A DNA stretch of 64,000 nucleotides from Cenarchaeum sp. (GTDB lineage: Archaea > Thermoproteota > Nitrososphaeria > Nitrososphaerales > Nitrosopumilaceae): assembly GCA_965212015.1 (NCBI GenBank), contig OZ243037.1, forward strand, positions 1,664,001-1,728,000, in the 5' to 3' direction. Positions 1-9,842 of the stretch are shown here, piece by piece (the stretch's first letter is position 1; each line of letters starts with the position of its first letter). The notes below the pieces were generated by a model. It worked only from the letters and a program-made list of their open reading frames with translations. It did not search any database and was not told where the DNA came from. The translations under genes and the position numbers were made by a program.

Positions 1-2
1 GT

Positions 3-323
3 ACATTTGCCATACAGGACACGACGGGCCACTATGGAAACCCGATAACCCTGCTTGACGCAAAGCTGACGCGCGGGGACGCAGTACGCCTCATAGACCG
101 GCTCGTCAAAAGCATGCCGGCCGGAATGTGCGACGGGATAATAGACGAGCTCGACGAGCTTGTATCCAAATCCGGACTTCACCTGAGGTTCGACAAGCAA
201 GAGTTTGTCGGCGGCAGGCTCGTTCCAGGAGAGGCAAGCGCAATCAAGATAAGAATCTATACGCCCGTATACGACAAGAAAAATACCGCCGAGTCCTATA
301 CGGAGCTGCTTGATGGGACATGA
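3..323 (+). CDS. RNA-binding protein, COG1325-like (exosome/RNase P superoperon type), 5'-partial
   Basis: Frame is open from the window start: TFAIQDTTGHYGNPITLL...LHLRFDKQ...IKIRI. GHYGNPI and LRFDKQ are typical of this archaeal family. Confidence 0.8.
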   Translation, partial: TFAIQDTTGHYGNPITLLDAKLTRGDAVRLIDRLVKSMPAGMCDGIIDELDELVSKSGLHLRFDKQEFVGGRLVPGEASAIKIRIYTPVYDKKNTAESYTELLDGT

Positions 324-1003
324 TTGTGCCCTTGCAGGTGCATGATGCGCGGGAACACGGTACTACACAATGACTGCCCAAATTTTCCGGGGATCCGGGT
401 TTTGCACGGCAGGTGCAATGGCGGAAGGACCGGCCAAAACACCCGTGGACTGAGATCCTCCGGCGTGAGGGCTCGCACCCGTATGCCTGTCCTGAATCTG
501 GCGCATCCGTCACTCCCGGAATCGAAATCCAGTCCCGCCCTGATGCCGCATGCCACTGTATGATTCCATCCGGCAAGATTGGTGCAAATTCTGCATCTGT
601 CAGTCTTGGAAAGAGCCGTTCCATCTTGGGATGGACTGTTTTATCGGAATCATGTGAAACCTCTTACATTCTTTTGTCAGACGGTGTAATCCGCACACCA
701 GTGATGGCAGGCCCTCCGGCGTGACGCAAGGTATTGCGGCGTGCCGTCCTGAATCCCGCTATACTGAATTTTGCTATACTGTGATTGACAATACCAGAAT
801 CGCAGACGTACGGCCCGTCGCATTCTTGCACCGGCGCATCATTTCCCATTATACACAAAATGCCATCAGGGGGCGATTGTGCCAGAATGCCCTGCCGGGA
901 TTGTCTTTTTCATCATACAGTAAACAGGGAACCAGTGGCCAGTCGAAAAAGCCGGGAATTGACCAAAATTTGGGCATATTTATACTAGGGCTCTGATTAT
1001 ATG

Positions 1004-1063
1004 ATTTTAATATCAAATTAGTATAAAACTATATAAAGAAATATACTAAATTGATATTAAAAT
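1004..1063. promoter_or_regulatory. 22-bp inverted repeat (1 mismatch) flanking a TATA box and overlapping the start codon; probable autoregulatory operator
   Basis: ATTTTAATATCAAATTAGTATA (1004-1025) pairs with TATACTAAATTGATATTAAAAT (1042-1063). The spacer contains TATATAAA (1030-1037) and the ATG is at 1062. Confidence 0.8.
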
Positions 1064-2150
1064 GAATATTACATCAATCCGATTGTTAAAGTCACTCATC
1101 ATGGGGCCAAAGGAATCCGGGGCATTAGTGAAGATACTGGGAATAAAGCAACAGCGGTTGGCACAAATCATAGAAAACCTCTGCAAGCAGGACTATGTAA
1201 AAAAAGACGGCAAAATAGTCCGACTGGAGACGAACTCAAAGACTGCCTTTCTCAAGGCCGTATCGAGGATTGTCGACATTGAAATGCTTCTTTGCAAGTC
1301 AAACGCGACTGTAATATCCTGTATGGTCGAGCCGATCAGAATGGATCATCTGATTCAAAAAACGGGATTTTCGGCAGTCACTGTACACAGGGCAATATCT
1401 GATCTTCGCTCAATAGGTGCGATAACGAAAAAAGGTGCCGTGGTAAAAATCAACGATGCAAAAAAACCCCTGATCCTGTTTGCAAGCCTGCTAAAGGCTG
1501 AAATGGACGAAAAATATGCAAACGAGGGCACAGAAATAATATTTGTCAGTACTTCAAAAATCCTAAAAAGAGTTCCAGCCGGCAAGATTGCAAAAGGCGA
1601 GACTACCGCCTTTTCACTCTTTTCTGATTTTGACGTGGAATATCTAACCGTCCACGATTATTTTTCCGAGCAATCATACGAGATGGATGTGCAGGACGTC
1701 CTGATCGACGCAGTATGTGCGTCCAAATTTGCAGGGGATCGATTGGGCCTGTTGATGTGTATAATTTTTTACATTCGTCATAAAGACAAGATGGATATAT
1801 TTCAGCTGCGAAAAAAAGCCTCAAAATTAGAAATATCCGAGATCTGGCTTGACATCGAATCGTATGTGCGCAGAACAGGGTTGAAAAATCCAGAATTGTT
1901 CCTTCCATGGGAGGAATTCCTTGAAAAAGCGGCATTGTATGACGTGTTGCCGGAAAAATACATGCTGCCAAAACCCAGCGATCTGTTCAAAGAGATTGGG
2001 GATCATCTGGAAAGCCCAATCGTGGTTTATCTGTTTGGGGGGGAAAATATGAGGATTAAAAAGCTGAAACAAAGTACAAAGGACTGTGATATCGTGGTAA
2101 AAGACAAGAACACATATGATGAAATGGAAAAAATCCTCACAAAAAACTAG
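1062..2150 (+). CDS. Winged-HTH regulator/antitoxin-like region plus N-terminal half of an AbiEii/DUF6036-like nucleotidyltransferase (frameshifted at 3' end)
   Basis: Two HTH-like segments (GIKQQRLAQIIENL; TGFSAVTVHRAISDL), then the NTase motif YLFGGENM...STKDCDIVV immediately before the stop. Confidence 0.7.
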   Translation: MNITSIRLLKSLIMGPKESGALVKILGIKQQRLAQIIENLCKQDYVKKDGKIVRLETNSKTAFLKAVSRIVDIEMLLCKSNATVISCMVEPIRMDHLIQKTGFSAVTVHRAISDLRSIGAITKKGAVVKINDAKKPLILFASLLKAEMDEKYANEGTEIIFVSTSKILKRVPAGKIAKGETTAFSLFSDFDVEYLTVHDYFSEQSYEMDVQDVLIDAVCASKFAGDRLGLLMCIIFYIRHKDKMDIFQLRKKASKLEISEIWLDIESYVRRTGLKNPELFLPWEEFLEKAALYDVLPEKYMLPKPSDLFKEIGDHLESPIVVYLFGGENMRIKKLKQSTKDCDIVVKDKNTYDEMEKILTKN

Positions 2151-3190
2151 GCTACAAGGCCGTAATGAAAAGGGAATATTCGGACGAGGATGGCAGGATA
2201 AATCCCGATGATATCTTTGTTCATCCCGAAAGGAGCAGAGTGGATTTATTCACGATAAAGGTAATGCGGGACTTGTCGCTATCTGTTGATATGCAAAAAG
2301 CGGCCGATCTGCTGCACTATGGCAAATTAAGAGTCGGCCTGCTAAGAAACGAGCACGTCTTTGTTCTCAAGGCGATGGCAGGCAGAGAGGGAGACATACA
2401 GGACATGGATGCTCTGGTACGTAAAAGTCCTGATGGGCCGCAAGAGCTCAACCACGGCAAGTTTGACTGGGATGCGGTTTGGAGCGAAATTCTCTTGCAG
2501 GAGCGCATCAATCCGGTCCGGAATTTTACAGTCGCACTATTTGAGAGCATTTCGTATCTGGAGAATCAGACGGGCACAAGGGCCCCGTTTATGGACAAGC
2601 TAAGAAGGCGCGTAATAGATATCATGCTAGGAATCCTGCTGAGGGAGGGCTGCCAACCCGTCTCACACATTGTGGATCTGCTAATCGGGGAGGATATCAC
2701 CGAAACGCGAATTCGAAACAGGATAGATTCACTAGCACGTGTGGGTGTCATAGAAAGACTCCAAATCGGAAAAACCAAACACATCAGGTTAACGACTGGC
2801 GGTGAATTTACCAGACCAAACTGGAAAATAACGGATCAAAATCTGAGGGCCTATCTGGATTGGAGGTTCAATCAAAGACAAAAGGATATTCTCAACGTGC
2901 CTGATTTTGTCGGGGAGCTAACCGGGTTGGGATTTCAAAGAATCGGAGAGATTGATGAAATTATAAGAAATACCTCCGATATTTTGCTACAGTATGAAAA
3001 GGAACAAACAAAGGATCATAGCGATATAGATGCGACAAAGATTTGCATAGGAATGGTTTTCCCAAAAATCGGCACGATACCGTCATCTGGTTATTTCATA
3101 ACTGAATTTGACAGGTATTATACAATCATAAGAAAAAACGTGCCTGCCAGCTTGCTAAAAATGCTGAATCATCTGGGTGCACAAAAATAG
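2141..3190 (+). CDS. C-terminal half of the nucleotidyltransferase plus wHTH, in the -1 frame relative to the upstream ORF
   Basis: The -1 frame reads KKLGYKAVMKREY...RVDLF...FVLKAMAGREGDIQD (NTase C-terminal K..R..D..D motif), followed by a wHTH-like ETRIRNRIDSL. Confidence 0.65.
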   Translation, partial: KKLGYKAVMKREYSDEDGRINPDDIFVHPERSRVDLFTIKVMRDLSLSVDMQKAADLLHYGKLRVGLLRNEHVFVLKAMAGREGDIQDMDALVRKSPDGPQELNHGKFDWDAVWSEILLQERINPVRNFTVALFESISYLENQTGTRAPFMDKLRRRVIDIMLGILLREGCQPVSHIVDLLIGEDITETRIRNRIDSLARVGVIERLQIGKTKHIRLTTGGEFTRPNWKITDQNLRAYLDWRFNQRQKDILNVPDFVGELTGLGFQRIGEIDEIIRNTSDILLQYEKEQTKDHSDIDATKICIGMVFPKIGTIPSSGYFITEFDRYYTIIRKNVPASLLKMLNHLGAQK

Positions 3191-3656
3191 CCACACGTGC
3201 GAGAAAAACCCCCCCAACACGCGCCCTTGCACACTGAATTAATCCGTATTTTTGACTGCTCAAAAAACCTCCGTTTTGTAACCCGGTCTGGCAGAATATA
3301 CACCATTGGTCAGAAAAAACACGACCTATGGGGATACGGGATATACAGAGATATCCAAAATGATCAGCAGGCGGGCCGCCACGGATTTCGGTTAAAAAAC
3401 CACAATGATATCAGGCGTGACAAAGGAATCTGCCGGTACGGATGCGGCACGAGACTGGCAGAAAACCACACCCGGTACCAACTAAGATAAATAGGATCCG
3501 GCACGCCCACACTCTGGGAATGAGGAAATAAAAGCCGCTCCAGTCTGAGCCAAAGCATTGAAGACGCCGCGACGAACCGACCCGTAATTATTCAAGACGC
3601 ACATCCCCTGGCGCCGATAGGCAAACTTTTAGACATCCGGCCCGTAATCCAGACCG

Positions 3657-4034
3657 TTGTCCAGACTGCTGTTGTGGCTCTCAATGCTCGTAGTGGCAGT
3701 ATCCGTGGGATACCTGCTAGACGAAAGGCCGCCTGACGAGCCGCTAGAAGTTGCAACAATGGCCGAAGAACCAGCACCTGCGGCGGCAAGGTCGGGACAC
3801 GCGCAGGCTACAAAGTCGCAGACGGTGACCGAAGAGGCAAAGCTGTGGTTTTATGACGATACGCTAAACGCGGCGGGATCCGGCAGTCCGGACAGGACAT
3901 TTACGCATCTTGCGGGGCAGCGCGAGCCGTTCGTATACCCGGTCCAGGAGAGGAACTTTGAGTGGCCCCAAGTCGGCCTGTGGGACAGTCCCAGAGTCAA
4001 CGAAATCGACACTCCGGCTCATGCGGAGATGTGA
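3657..4034 (+). CDS. Hypothetical membrane-anchored/secreted protein
   Basis: N-terminal hydrophobic helix LLLWLSMLVVAVSVGYLL followed by an acidic/Pro-Ala linker. Confidence 0.5.
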   Translation: MSRLLLWLSMLVVAVSVGYLLDERPPDEPLEVATMAEEPAPAAARSGHAQATKSQTVTEEAKLWFYDDTLNAAGSGSPDRTFTHLAGQREPFVYPVQERNFEWPQVGLWDSPRVNEIDTPAHAEM

Positions 4035-4086
4035 CGCGCAAGTCTCGCACCTGCCAAGATTGTTTTAAATACGGATTGCCAAACGG

Positions 4087-5550
4087 ATGGTTGTGGCAGA
4101 CTATGACGTCATTGTAGCCGGCGGGGGACTGGCCGGAACAGTTGCGGCCCAATCGGTTTCACACTATTCCAATGGCGGCATGAGCGTGCTGGTAATAGAC
4201 CGCAGCCCAGAGTTCATGCCGGGCAGCAAGAGCATCTCTGGATGGATCTGCGGCGACGCAGTAAGCAAGGAGGCAGTCGACTATATGTCAGAAAATATCG
4301 GCGTGCAGTGGGGGGATCCCGAGATCGAGCACAAGGTAAAGGGCGTGATGGCCTTTTCGCCGGACAGGGAGACGTCGATTCCTTTTGACGGGGACGGATA
4401 CATGCTAAACAGGCAGCTTCTCCCCGAGCGGCAAAACGAGCGCTCAAAAAAGATGGGAATCGACTTTGCATTCGAGATAAACCTGACGAGCCTGATTTAT
4501 GACGGCAACCAAATAGTCGGCGTGCAGGGAATCGACACAAAGACAAGGCAGCCGTTCAAAAAGACATCCAAGGTGGTAATTGACGCCACCGGAATGACCT
4601 CGATGCTGCGCAACCAGATCAAAAACACCACCAAAATGGAAAAAAAGATCGACCGCACCGACGTGGAATCGACCGGACGGCACATCATGTACTTTGAGGA
4701 CGGCCAAAAGGATCTGACCGAGTTTGATCCGGACTATTGCATAATACACCTTGACCAGGACATAGCGCCGGGCGGATACGGATGGGTCTTTCCAAAGGCC
4801 GACAACAAGGTCAACATCGGCCTCGGGGTGGAAAAGACGCTGCTAGAAAAGCGCAACAAGAGATTGGGAAAAAGCGACAATGTCTCGATGCTAATCGACC
4901 AGTACGTGGAGAGAAACGGGGCCATACGCAATCCAGTGCTGTCAGGTGACCTGGTGGACAAGAACAATGCGACTGGAAACTTTCAGGTCTCCGTGCGGAG
5001 GCAAAACGACTGCATGGTGGCAAACGGCTTTGTCATTGTGGGAGACTCTGCCTGGATGCCAAAGCCGCTTGACGCAGGCGGAATCGGTCCTGCGCTGGTT
5101 GCCGGCACTATAGTGGGCAAGTGCGTGACTGACGCCATCCAGTCCGGCGACGTCACAGAAAGGGGGCTGTGGAAGTACAACAAGGAGTTCATAAACGAGT
5201 ACGGCTACAAGACTGCCGGCCTTGAGATTTTTCGCAGGCTGATACAGACGCTTACAAACGATCAAATCAACTATGGCATGAAGCATTTCCTGGGAAACCT
5301 GGACGTCGAGGCAATATCCAAGGGGGAGCATCCGGACTTTGGTGCCCTGGGAAAGATTGGCATGATTATACGGGGCGCGATGAACAAGACCCTTGCAGGC
5401 GGCCTGCGCTTTACCACGCAGCAAAACAAGCTGCTCACGCAGCACTATTACGACTATCCGGACTCGCCTGACGGATTCGAGCAGTGGGGTGCAAAGCTCC
5501 ACAGGATACTTGACGAGTCCAACGAGCAGCTTGCAAGATTCCAAAACTAA
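4087..5550 (+). CDS. Geranylgeranyl reductase family FAD oxidoreductase (DGGGPL reductase-like)
   Basis: GGGLAG Rossmann motif, CGDA, VIDATG, GGYGWVFPK, VGDSA...PLDAGGI. Confidence 0.9.
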   Translation: MVVADYDVIVAGGGLAGTVAAQSVSHYSNGGMSVLVIDRSPEFMPGSKSISGWICGDAVSKEAVDYMSENIGVQWGDPEIEHKVKGVMAFSPDRETSIPFDGDGYMLNRQLLPERQNERSKKMGIDFAFEINLTSLIYDGNQIVGVQGIDTKTRQPFKKTSKVVIDATGMTSMLRNQIKNTTKMEKKIDRTDVESTGRHIMYFEDGQKDLTEFDPDYCIIHLDQDIAPGGYGWVFPKADNKVNIGLGVEKTLLEKRNKRLGKSDNVSMLIDQYVERNGAIRNPVLSGDLVDKNNATGNFQVSVRRQNDCMVANGFVIVGDSAWMPKPLDAGGIGPALVAGTIVGKCVTDAIQSGDVTERGLWKYNKEFINEYGYKTAGLEIFRRLIQTLTNDQINYGMKHFLGNLDVEAISKGEHPDFGALGKIGMIIRGAMNKTLAGGLRFTTQQNKLLTQHYYDYPDSPDGFEQWGAKLHRILDESNEQLARFQN

Positions 5551-5581
5551 TTTATTTGTAAAGCGGCAGAAACATCCATTG

Positions 5582-6376
5582 ATGCAGGACGCCGCATACC
5601 TTGACTGGAACAGATCCTTTGAGACGCTAGAGATGGCGCACAGGGCCGGCCTTTTTGCGCTGATAATAGGCCCCAAGGGGACCGGCAAGACGACGCTGGT
5701 CCGGGATTTTGCAAGGACAAAGTCGGCAAAGCTGGACTCTATTAACTTTAGCCTGCGGACCAGGGAGAGCCATTTGGTGGGGACAAAGACGCTTGACTCG
5801 GGCTCTGTCGGCTTTGATGAGGGCCTGCTGGTAAAGTCCATGAGGGAGGGCAGCATGCTGTATCTTGACGAGATAAACGCAGCCGAGGCAGACGTGCTGC
5901 TCAGGCTGGATGAGGCGCTAGACGACAGGAGGCAGCTAGTCCTAAAGGAGGCCGACGGCGAGACGGTGAGGGCGAGTCCGGACTGGTTTGTCGTTGCCAC
6001 CATAAACCCGCTGACGCACGTGGGAACAAAGGAGCTTCCCCCGCAGCTGCTCAGCAGGTTTCCCGTGCGAATAAGGCTGGAATATCCGCCAGAGGAGACC
6101 GAACTGCAGATAGTAAAAAGCCACGCCCCTGATGCCGATGATGACGACCTGATGCGCGCAATAAAGCTTGCAAACACCCTGAGGCAGGCAGCCGCAGTGG
6201 AGGAGATTGACTATTCGCCCAGCCTGCGGGAGACCATATCGTACGGCGTGCTTTTGGGAATGGGCACGTCGGCAAGGGACGCGGCAGATATCATTTTTGG
6301 CAACGTATACGCGCAGTGGGGGGACCTAGAGTACCAAAAGGTCGGCGACATTATAACGTCAATGTTTGGAAGCTAA
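5582..6376 (+). CDS. CbbQ/NirQ/NorQ-type MoxR AAA+ ATPase
   Basis: Walker A GPKGTGKT, Walker B LYLDEIN, ATINP, SRF, SLRE. Start placed at ATG 5582, after the upstream stop. Confidence 0.9.
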   Translation: MQDAAYLDWNRSFETLEMAHRAGLFALIIGPKGTGKTTLVRDFARTKSAKLDSINFSLRTRESHLVGTKTLDSGSVGFDEGLLVKSMREGSMLYLDEINAAEADVLLRLDEALDDRRQLVLKEADGETVRASPDWFVVATINPLTHVGTKELPPQLLSRFPVRIRLEYPPEETELQIVKSHAPDADDDDLMRAIKLANTLRQAAAVEEIDYSPSLRETISYGVLLGMGTSARDAADIIFGNVYAQWGDLEYQKVGDIITSMFGS

Positions 6377-7915
6377 ATGCGCACAAGCACCAGAAACGAC
6401 ACGGTAATACAGGTGGGAACGTTTCTTGCCAGACGGTGGTCTGGCAACCCGCGGGTGACCCTGGAATTTTCCCGCTCAGGCGAGACTAGGACCAGGCTTG
6501 CAGACGCCCGGATAACGCTGCCGTCTACTGACAGGATGCAGGGAGACGACTTTGAGCGATACCGGCAGCTCAGGGCGGTACTCTGGTACGAGTCGATGCG
6601 CTTTAGGTTCTGCGAAAAGATATTCAGCAACGATCACGCCTTTGGATTCGTGCTCAACGCAATAGAGACCAGGAGAATCGAGCTGCTGGGGAGGAGGGAC
6701 TGGCGCGGAATGGACGGCGAGATTGCATTCAACTATATCCACCAGTGGGATTACAGGCCGCCGCTTGACTCTGTGTACGGCAAGGCAAGGATTGTGGAGG
6801 GGTTTTACCAGCTGTTCCTGTTCGGGCAGATAAAGGGCGAGATTGCCGCAAACCAGTCCAAAAGGATAACGCAGGCAGCAAGGCTTGCCGGTACGGTTCT
6901 CGACGAGGCAGTAAGGGACGGCCACGGAACCATATGGATTGAAAAAAAAATCCCGGAAATTATTAAAATCCTGGACGTCGACTCGCTCTTTACAATCCCG
7001 ATATCGCTGCCCTGGATGAGGCGTGATGTGCCGGTGACAAGAAAAGAGTCGCGCATGGCCATGCTCAAGATATCCCGGTACGGGGGCGCCGAGTACAAGG
7101 TTGATCCCGGCTCTGCAATGCGCGGAAGTGACATTGGGGACGAATACAGGATGCTGGTCGAAAAGCAGGACAGGGCTTTTGAGCCGATCGGGGTTCGGAT
7201 TCCGCCAAGGACAGACATTGACGAGACTGCAATATGCGATCTGGATTTGATAAGCAGGCTAAAGACAAAATTCAAGGACTGGAAGTCCGGGTGGAGCGAG
7301 GAGCGCCTGCCGACTGGAGATGAGTTTGACGCTGAAGCGCACATTGAGGGATTGGAGCCGTTTTTTGCCGACATGAAAAAGACGGTAAGGACCAGAATCG
7401 TAATCCTGCTGGATCACTCCTCGAGCATTGCCAGTAATGAGACAGGGTACAAAAAGGCGACGCACGCGCTCTGCGAGGTGCTCGCATACCTCAAGATAGG
7501 CTTTGCCGTGTACGCCTTTAGCACCGTAAACAAGGAGGTGGTGTGCTGGCTGATAAAGTCCGACGCGCAGGGGTGGAACAATGTCTGCGCCAAGAGACTG
7601 GCGCAGATTTCTGCCAACGGCTCCACGCCGCTCGGCGAGGTGTACGAAAAGATGCACAAGATTTTACAGTCAAAAAAGCCCGACATCTTTTTGAGCCTGA
7701 CAGACGGCGAGCCCTCAGATCCGGATGCCGTGCGCTCCATGATACGCTCCCTTAGGGCTATGGGAATCGGCATGGTGGCACTCGGCCTCGGCTCTGACAC
7801 GCTAAGGGCGACGGCCATTGCGTCGAACCTGCGGGGGCTGGGGTATGAGCGGACGCTGGCAGTGGGCAGACTCGCCGACATTCCCGGCAGGGTGCTCGGG
7901 GTGATTAGGGGCTAG
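6377..7915 (+). CDS. VWA-domain partner protein (CbbO/NorD-like)
   Basis: MIDAS motif LLDHSSS, GSTPLGE and LTDGEP; abuts the AAA gene. Confidence 0.85.
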   Translation: MRTSTRNDTVIQVGTFLARRWSGNPRVTLEFSRSGETRTRLADARITLPSTDRMQGDDFERYRQLRAVLWYESMRFRFCEKIFSNDHAFGFVLNAIETRRIELLGRRDWRGMDGEIAFNYIHQWDYRPPLDSVYGKARIVEGFYQLFLFGQIKGEIAANQSKRITQAARLAGTVLDEAVRDGHGTIWIEKKIPEIIKILDVDSLFTIPISLPWMRRDVPVTRKESRMAMLKISRYGGAEYKVDPGSAMRGSDIGDEYRMLVEKQDRAFEPIGVRIPPRTDIDETAICDLDLISRLKTKFKDWKSGWSEERLPTGDEFDAEAHIEGLEPFFADMKKTVRTRIVILLDHSSSIASNETGYKKATHALCEVLAYLKIGFAVYAFSTVNKEVVCWLIKSDAQGWNNVCAKRLAQISANGSTPLGEVYEKMHKILQSKKPDIFLSLTDGEPSDPDAVRSMIRSLRAMGIGMVALGLGSDTLRATAIASNLRGLGYERTLAVGRLADIPGRVLGVIRG

Positions 7916-7942
7916 GAAAATCCTAAATGTGGCCTGAATTGT

Positions 7943-9346
7943 ATGTGCAGTATGGAGCTGGCAATCACTACAGGGCAGCTAGAGTCGAGCATGGGCGGCC
8001 CTAATCCCCCGCTGGTCCTTGACATGCGGGATAAAGACGCGTTCATGGCCGGCCACATTAGTGGTGCGGCAAATGCGCACTGTACGTCCGTACAGCAAAA
8101 GCAGGTCATACTATCCAAGCTTCCGCGCGGCGCCAAGATAGTGCTAGTCGACGGTGACGGGGCAGAGGCGCAGAAAAACGCCGCAATGATGGTACAGTTC
8201 GGCCTTGATGTGTGTTTTTTGCAGGGCGGAATGAATGGGTGGACTGCAGGTACCATACAGAGCGGACAGGACACCATAGTATCCTGCGACGGCCTGTACG
8301 GCATGATCAAAAACAGCGAGGACGTGCTGCTGCTAGACGTGCGGGAGACAGACGAGTTTTCCAGCTTTAAAATTCCCGGCGCGCTCAACATTCCACTCTC
8401 GGAGCTGTTTGCGGCAGACGCAGGCCGGATTCCTGCCGGCAAAAGAATTGTAACTGTCTGCTCGCACGGAAACCGCTCAAAGGTCGCCACGTTTGCCCTG
8501 GCGCAAAAGGGCCTCGAGTCGACGTCACTTGAGGGGGGAATGGCAGGATGGAACCAGGTGCTGGACCGGCGAATCGCGGTACGAAAGGACGGTTTTACCA
8601 TAACGCAGGTCGAAAAGATTGGCAAGGGGTGCCTCTCGTACATTATACAGTCCGGCGGCGAGGCCACCGTAATCGATCCCGCGCATCCGGCGTCCCGGTA
8701 TATGCAGTTTGCCGAGCAGGACGGATGCAGGATAATCCGGGTAATTGACACGCACCAGCACGCAGACCACGTGTCGGCGGCAGCCGAGCTGGCAGGCATG
8801 TGCGGCGCCGAGCTGTGCCTTGGCGGCATGGAGGAGTATACTATACAGGCAAGGCGCGTCGCAGAGGGCGACACGTTTGATACCGGCAAGACAAAGCTAA
8901 GGGCCATTCACACGCCGGGCCACACGGCAGGCAGCATGACGTATGTGCTAGACGGGTACGTGTTTTCCGGTGATGTCCTGTTTGTAGACGGGATTGGCAG
9001 GCCGGATCTCAGGGACCGGGCGCGCGAGTTTGCAGGCAGCTTACATGACACGCTGCACCGCCTGCTGGAAATTCCCAATGCGGTAATATTTCCCGCGCAC
9101 CGCGGCGAGCACACAAAATCTGCGCAAAATGGCGCATTTTACACCACCATACATCTGGCAAAAAAAATGCCGCTGCTAGAGCTGCCAAGGGACGAGTTTG
9201 TATCAAAGGTGGCAGACGCCGTCACTCCCACCACCCCGATGAACCATTCTGCGATAATCCGGATAAACAAGGGGCTGATGACAGTAAATCCGGGACAGAT
9301 TCCGGATCTAGAGATGGGGCCCAACCGATGCAGCATAAGCGTGTAA
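7943..9346 (+). CDS. Tandem rhodanese domains fused to an MBL-fold hydrolase (persulfide dioxygenase-like)
   Basis: LDMR/LDVR rhodanese repeats, active loop CSHGNRS, THQHADH, HTPGHT, GDVLF, GRPDL. Confidence 0.85.
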   Translation: MCSMELAITTGQLESSMGGPNPPLVLDMRDKDAFMAGHISGAANAHCTSVQQKQVILSKLPRGAKIVLVDGDGAEAQKNAAMMVQFGLDVCFLQGGMNGWTAGTIQSGQDTIVSCDGLYGMIKNSEDVLLLDVRETDEFSSFKIPGALNIPLSELFAADAGRIPAGKRIVTVCSHGNRSKVATFALAQKGLESTSLEGGMAGWNQVLDRRIAVRKDGFTITQVEKIGKGCLSYIIQSGGEATVIDPAHPASRYMQFAEQDGCRIIRVIDTHQHADHVSAAAELAGMCGAELCLGGMEEYTIQARRVAEGDTFDTGKTKLRAIHTPGHTAGSMTYVLDGYVFSGDVLFVDGIGRPDLRDRAREFAGSLHDTLHRLLEIPNAVIFPAHRGEHTKSAQNGAFYTTIHLAKKMPLLELPRDEFVSKVADAVTPTTPMNHSAIIRINKGLMTVNPGQIPDLEMGPNRCSISV

Positions 9347-9801
9347 GATGCCTGTCAGTATGCCAGCCGTTTGCCGACCTGATAGTGTCCGGAAAAAAGA
9401 CAATAGAGCTTCGCAGCCGGAACACCCCCTTTAGGGGCGAGTTTTTCGTGCACTCGCCGCAAAGGGTGCGAAAACAGGATTGCAGGCGGCTAAGAGTCGA
9501 GCCGGGCGTGACAGGCGCGCTGGTAGGCCGCGCCGAGCTGTACGATGTAAAACGGTACGATACTATGGCGCAGCTCAAAAAGGACTCCAAGCTACACTGC
9601 GCATCGTATCGTTTCGCGTCTAGTCTCCCGTATTACGGCTATGCGCTCAAAAACGCGCGCAAGCTCCGGGTGCCCATTGCATGCAAGGGCATGCTGGGAT
9701 TCTTTTACACGGATATGCCTAGTGATGTAATTGACGCGGGAACCATTCAGAGGGACATTATCGACGATCAGTACAGGTACCAGTGGATAAACCGGCACTA
9801 G
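9328..9801 (+). CDS. ASCH domain protein
   Basis: LSVCQPFADLIVSGKKTIELR motif. Confidence 0.85.
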   Translation: MQHKRVRCLSVCQPFADLIVSGKKTIELRSRNTPFRGEFFVHSPQRVRKQDCRRLRVEPGVTGALVGRAELYDVKRYDTMAQLKKDSKLHCASYRFASSLPYYGYALKNARKLRVPIACKGMLGFFYTDMPSDVIDAGTIQRDIIDDQYRYQWINRH

Positions 9802-9842
9802 GAATCTTACTATATATACCGCAGTCGTGGTTTTAGTACGAA

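Noticed and set aside
324-1000. Several short ORFs in the region before the HTH-NTase gene
   Set aside because: Mutually overlapping, no motifs, and no recognisable RNA structure or IS ends.
3197-3600. 97-aa ORF and nearby short frames
   Set aside because: No recognisable motif or clear start context; possibly a decayed remnant, but unsupported.
4942-6177. Long antisense ORFs (also 7912-8907, 9833-10426, 29037-29618, 42404-43171, 57249-58034)
   Set aside because: Shadow frames of well-supported genes, with Ser/Ile-rich non-protein-like composition.
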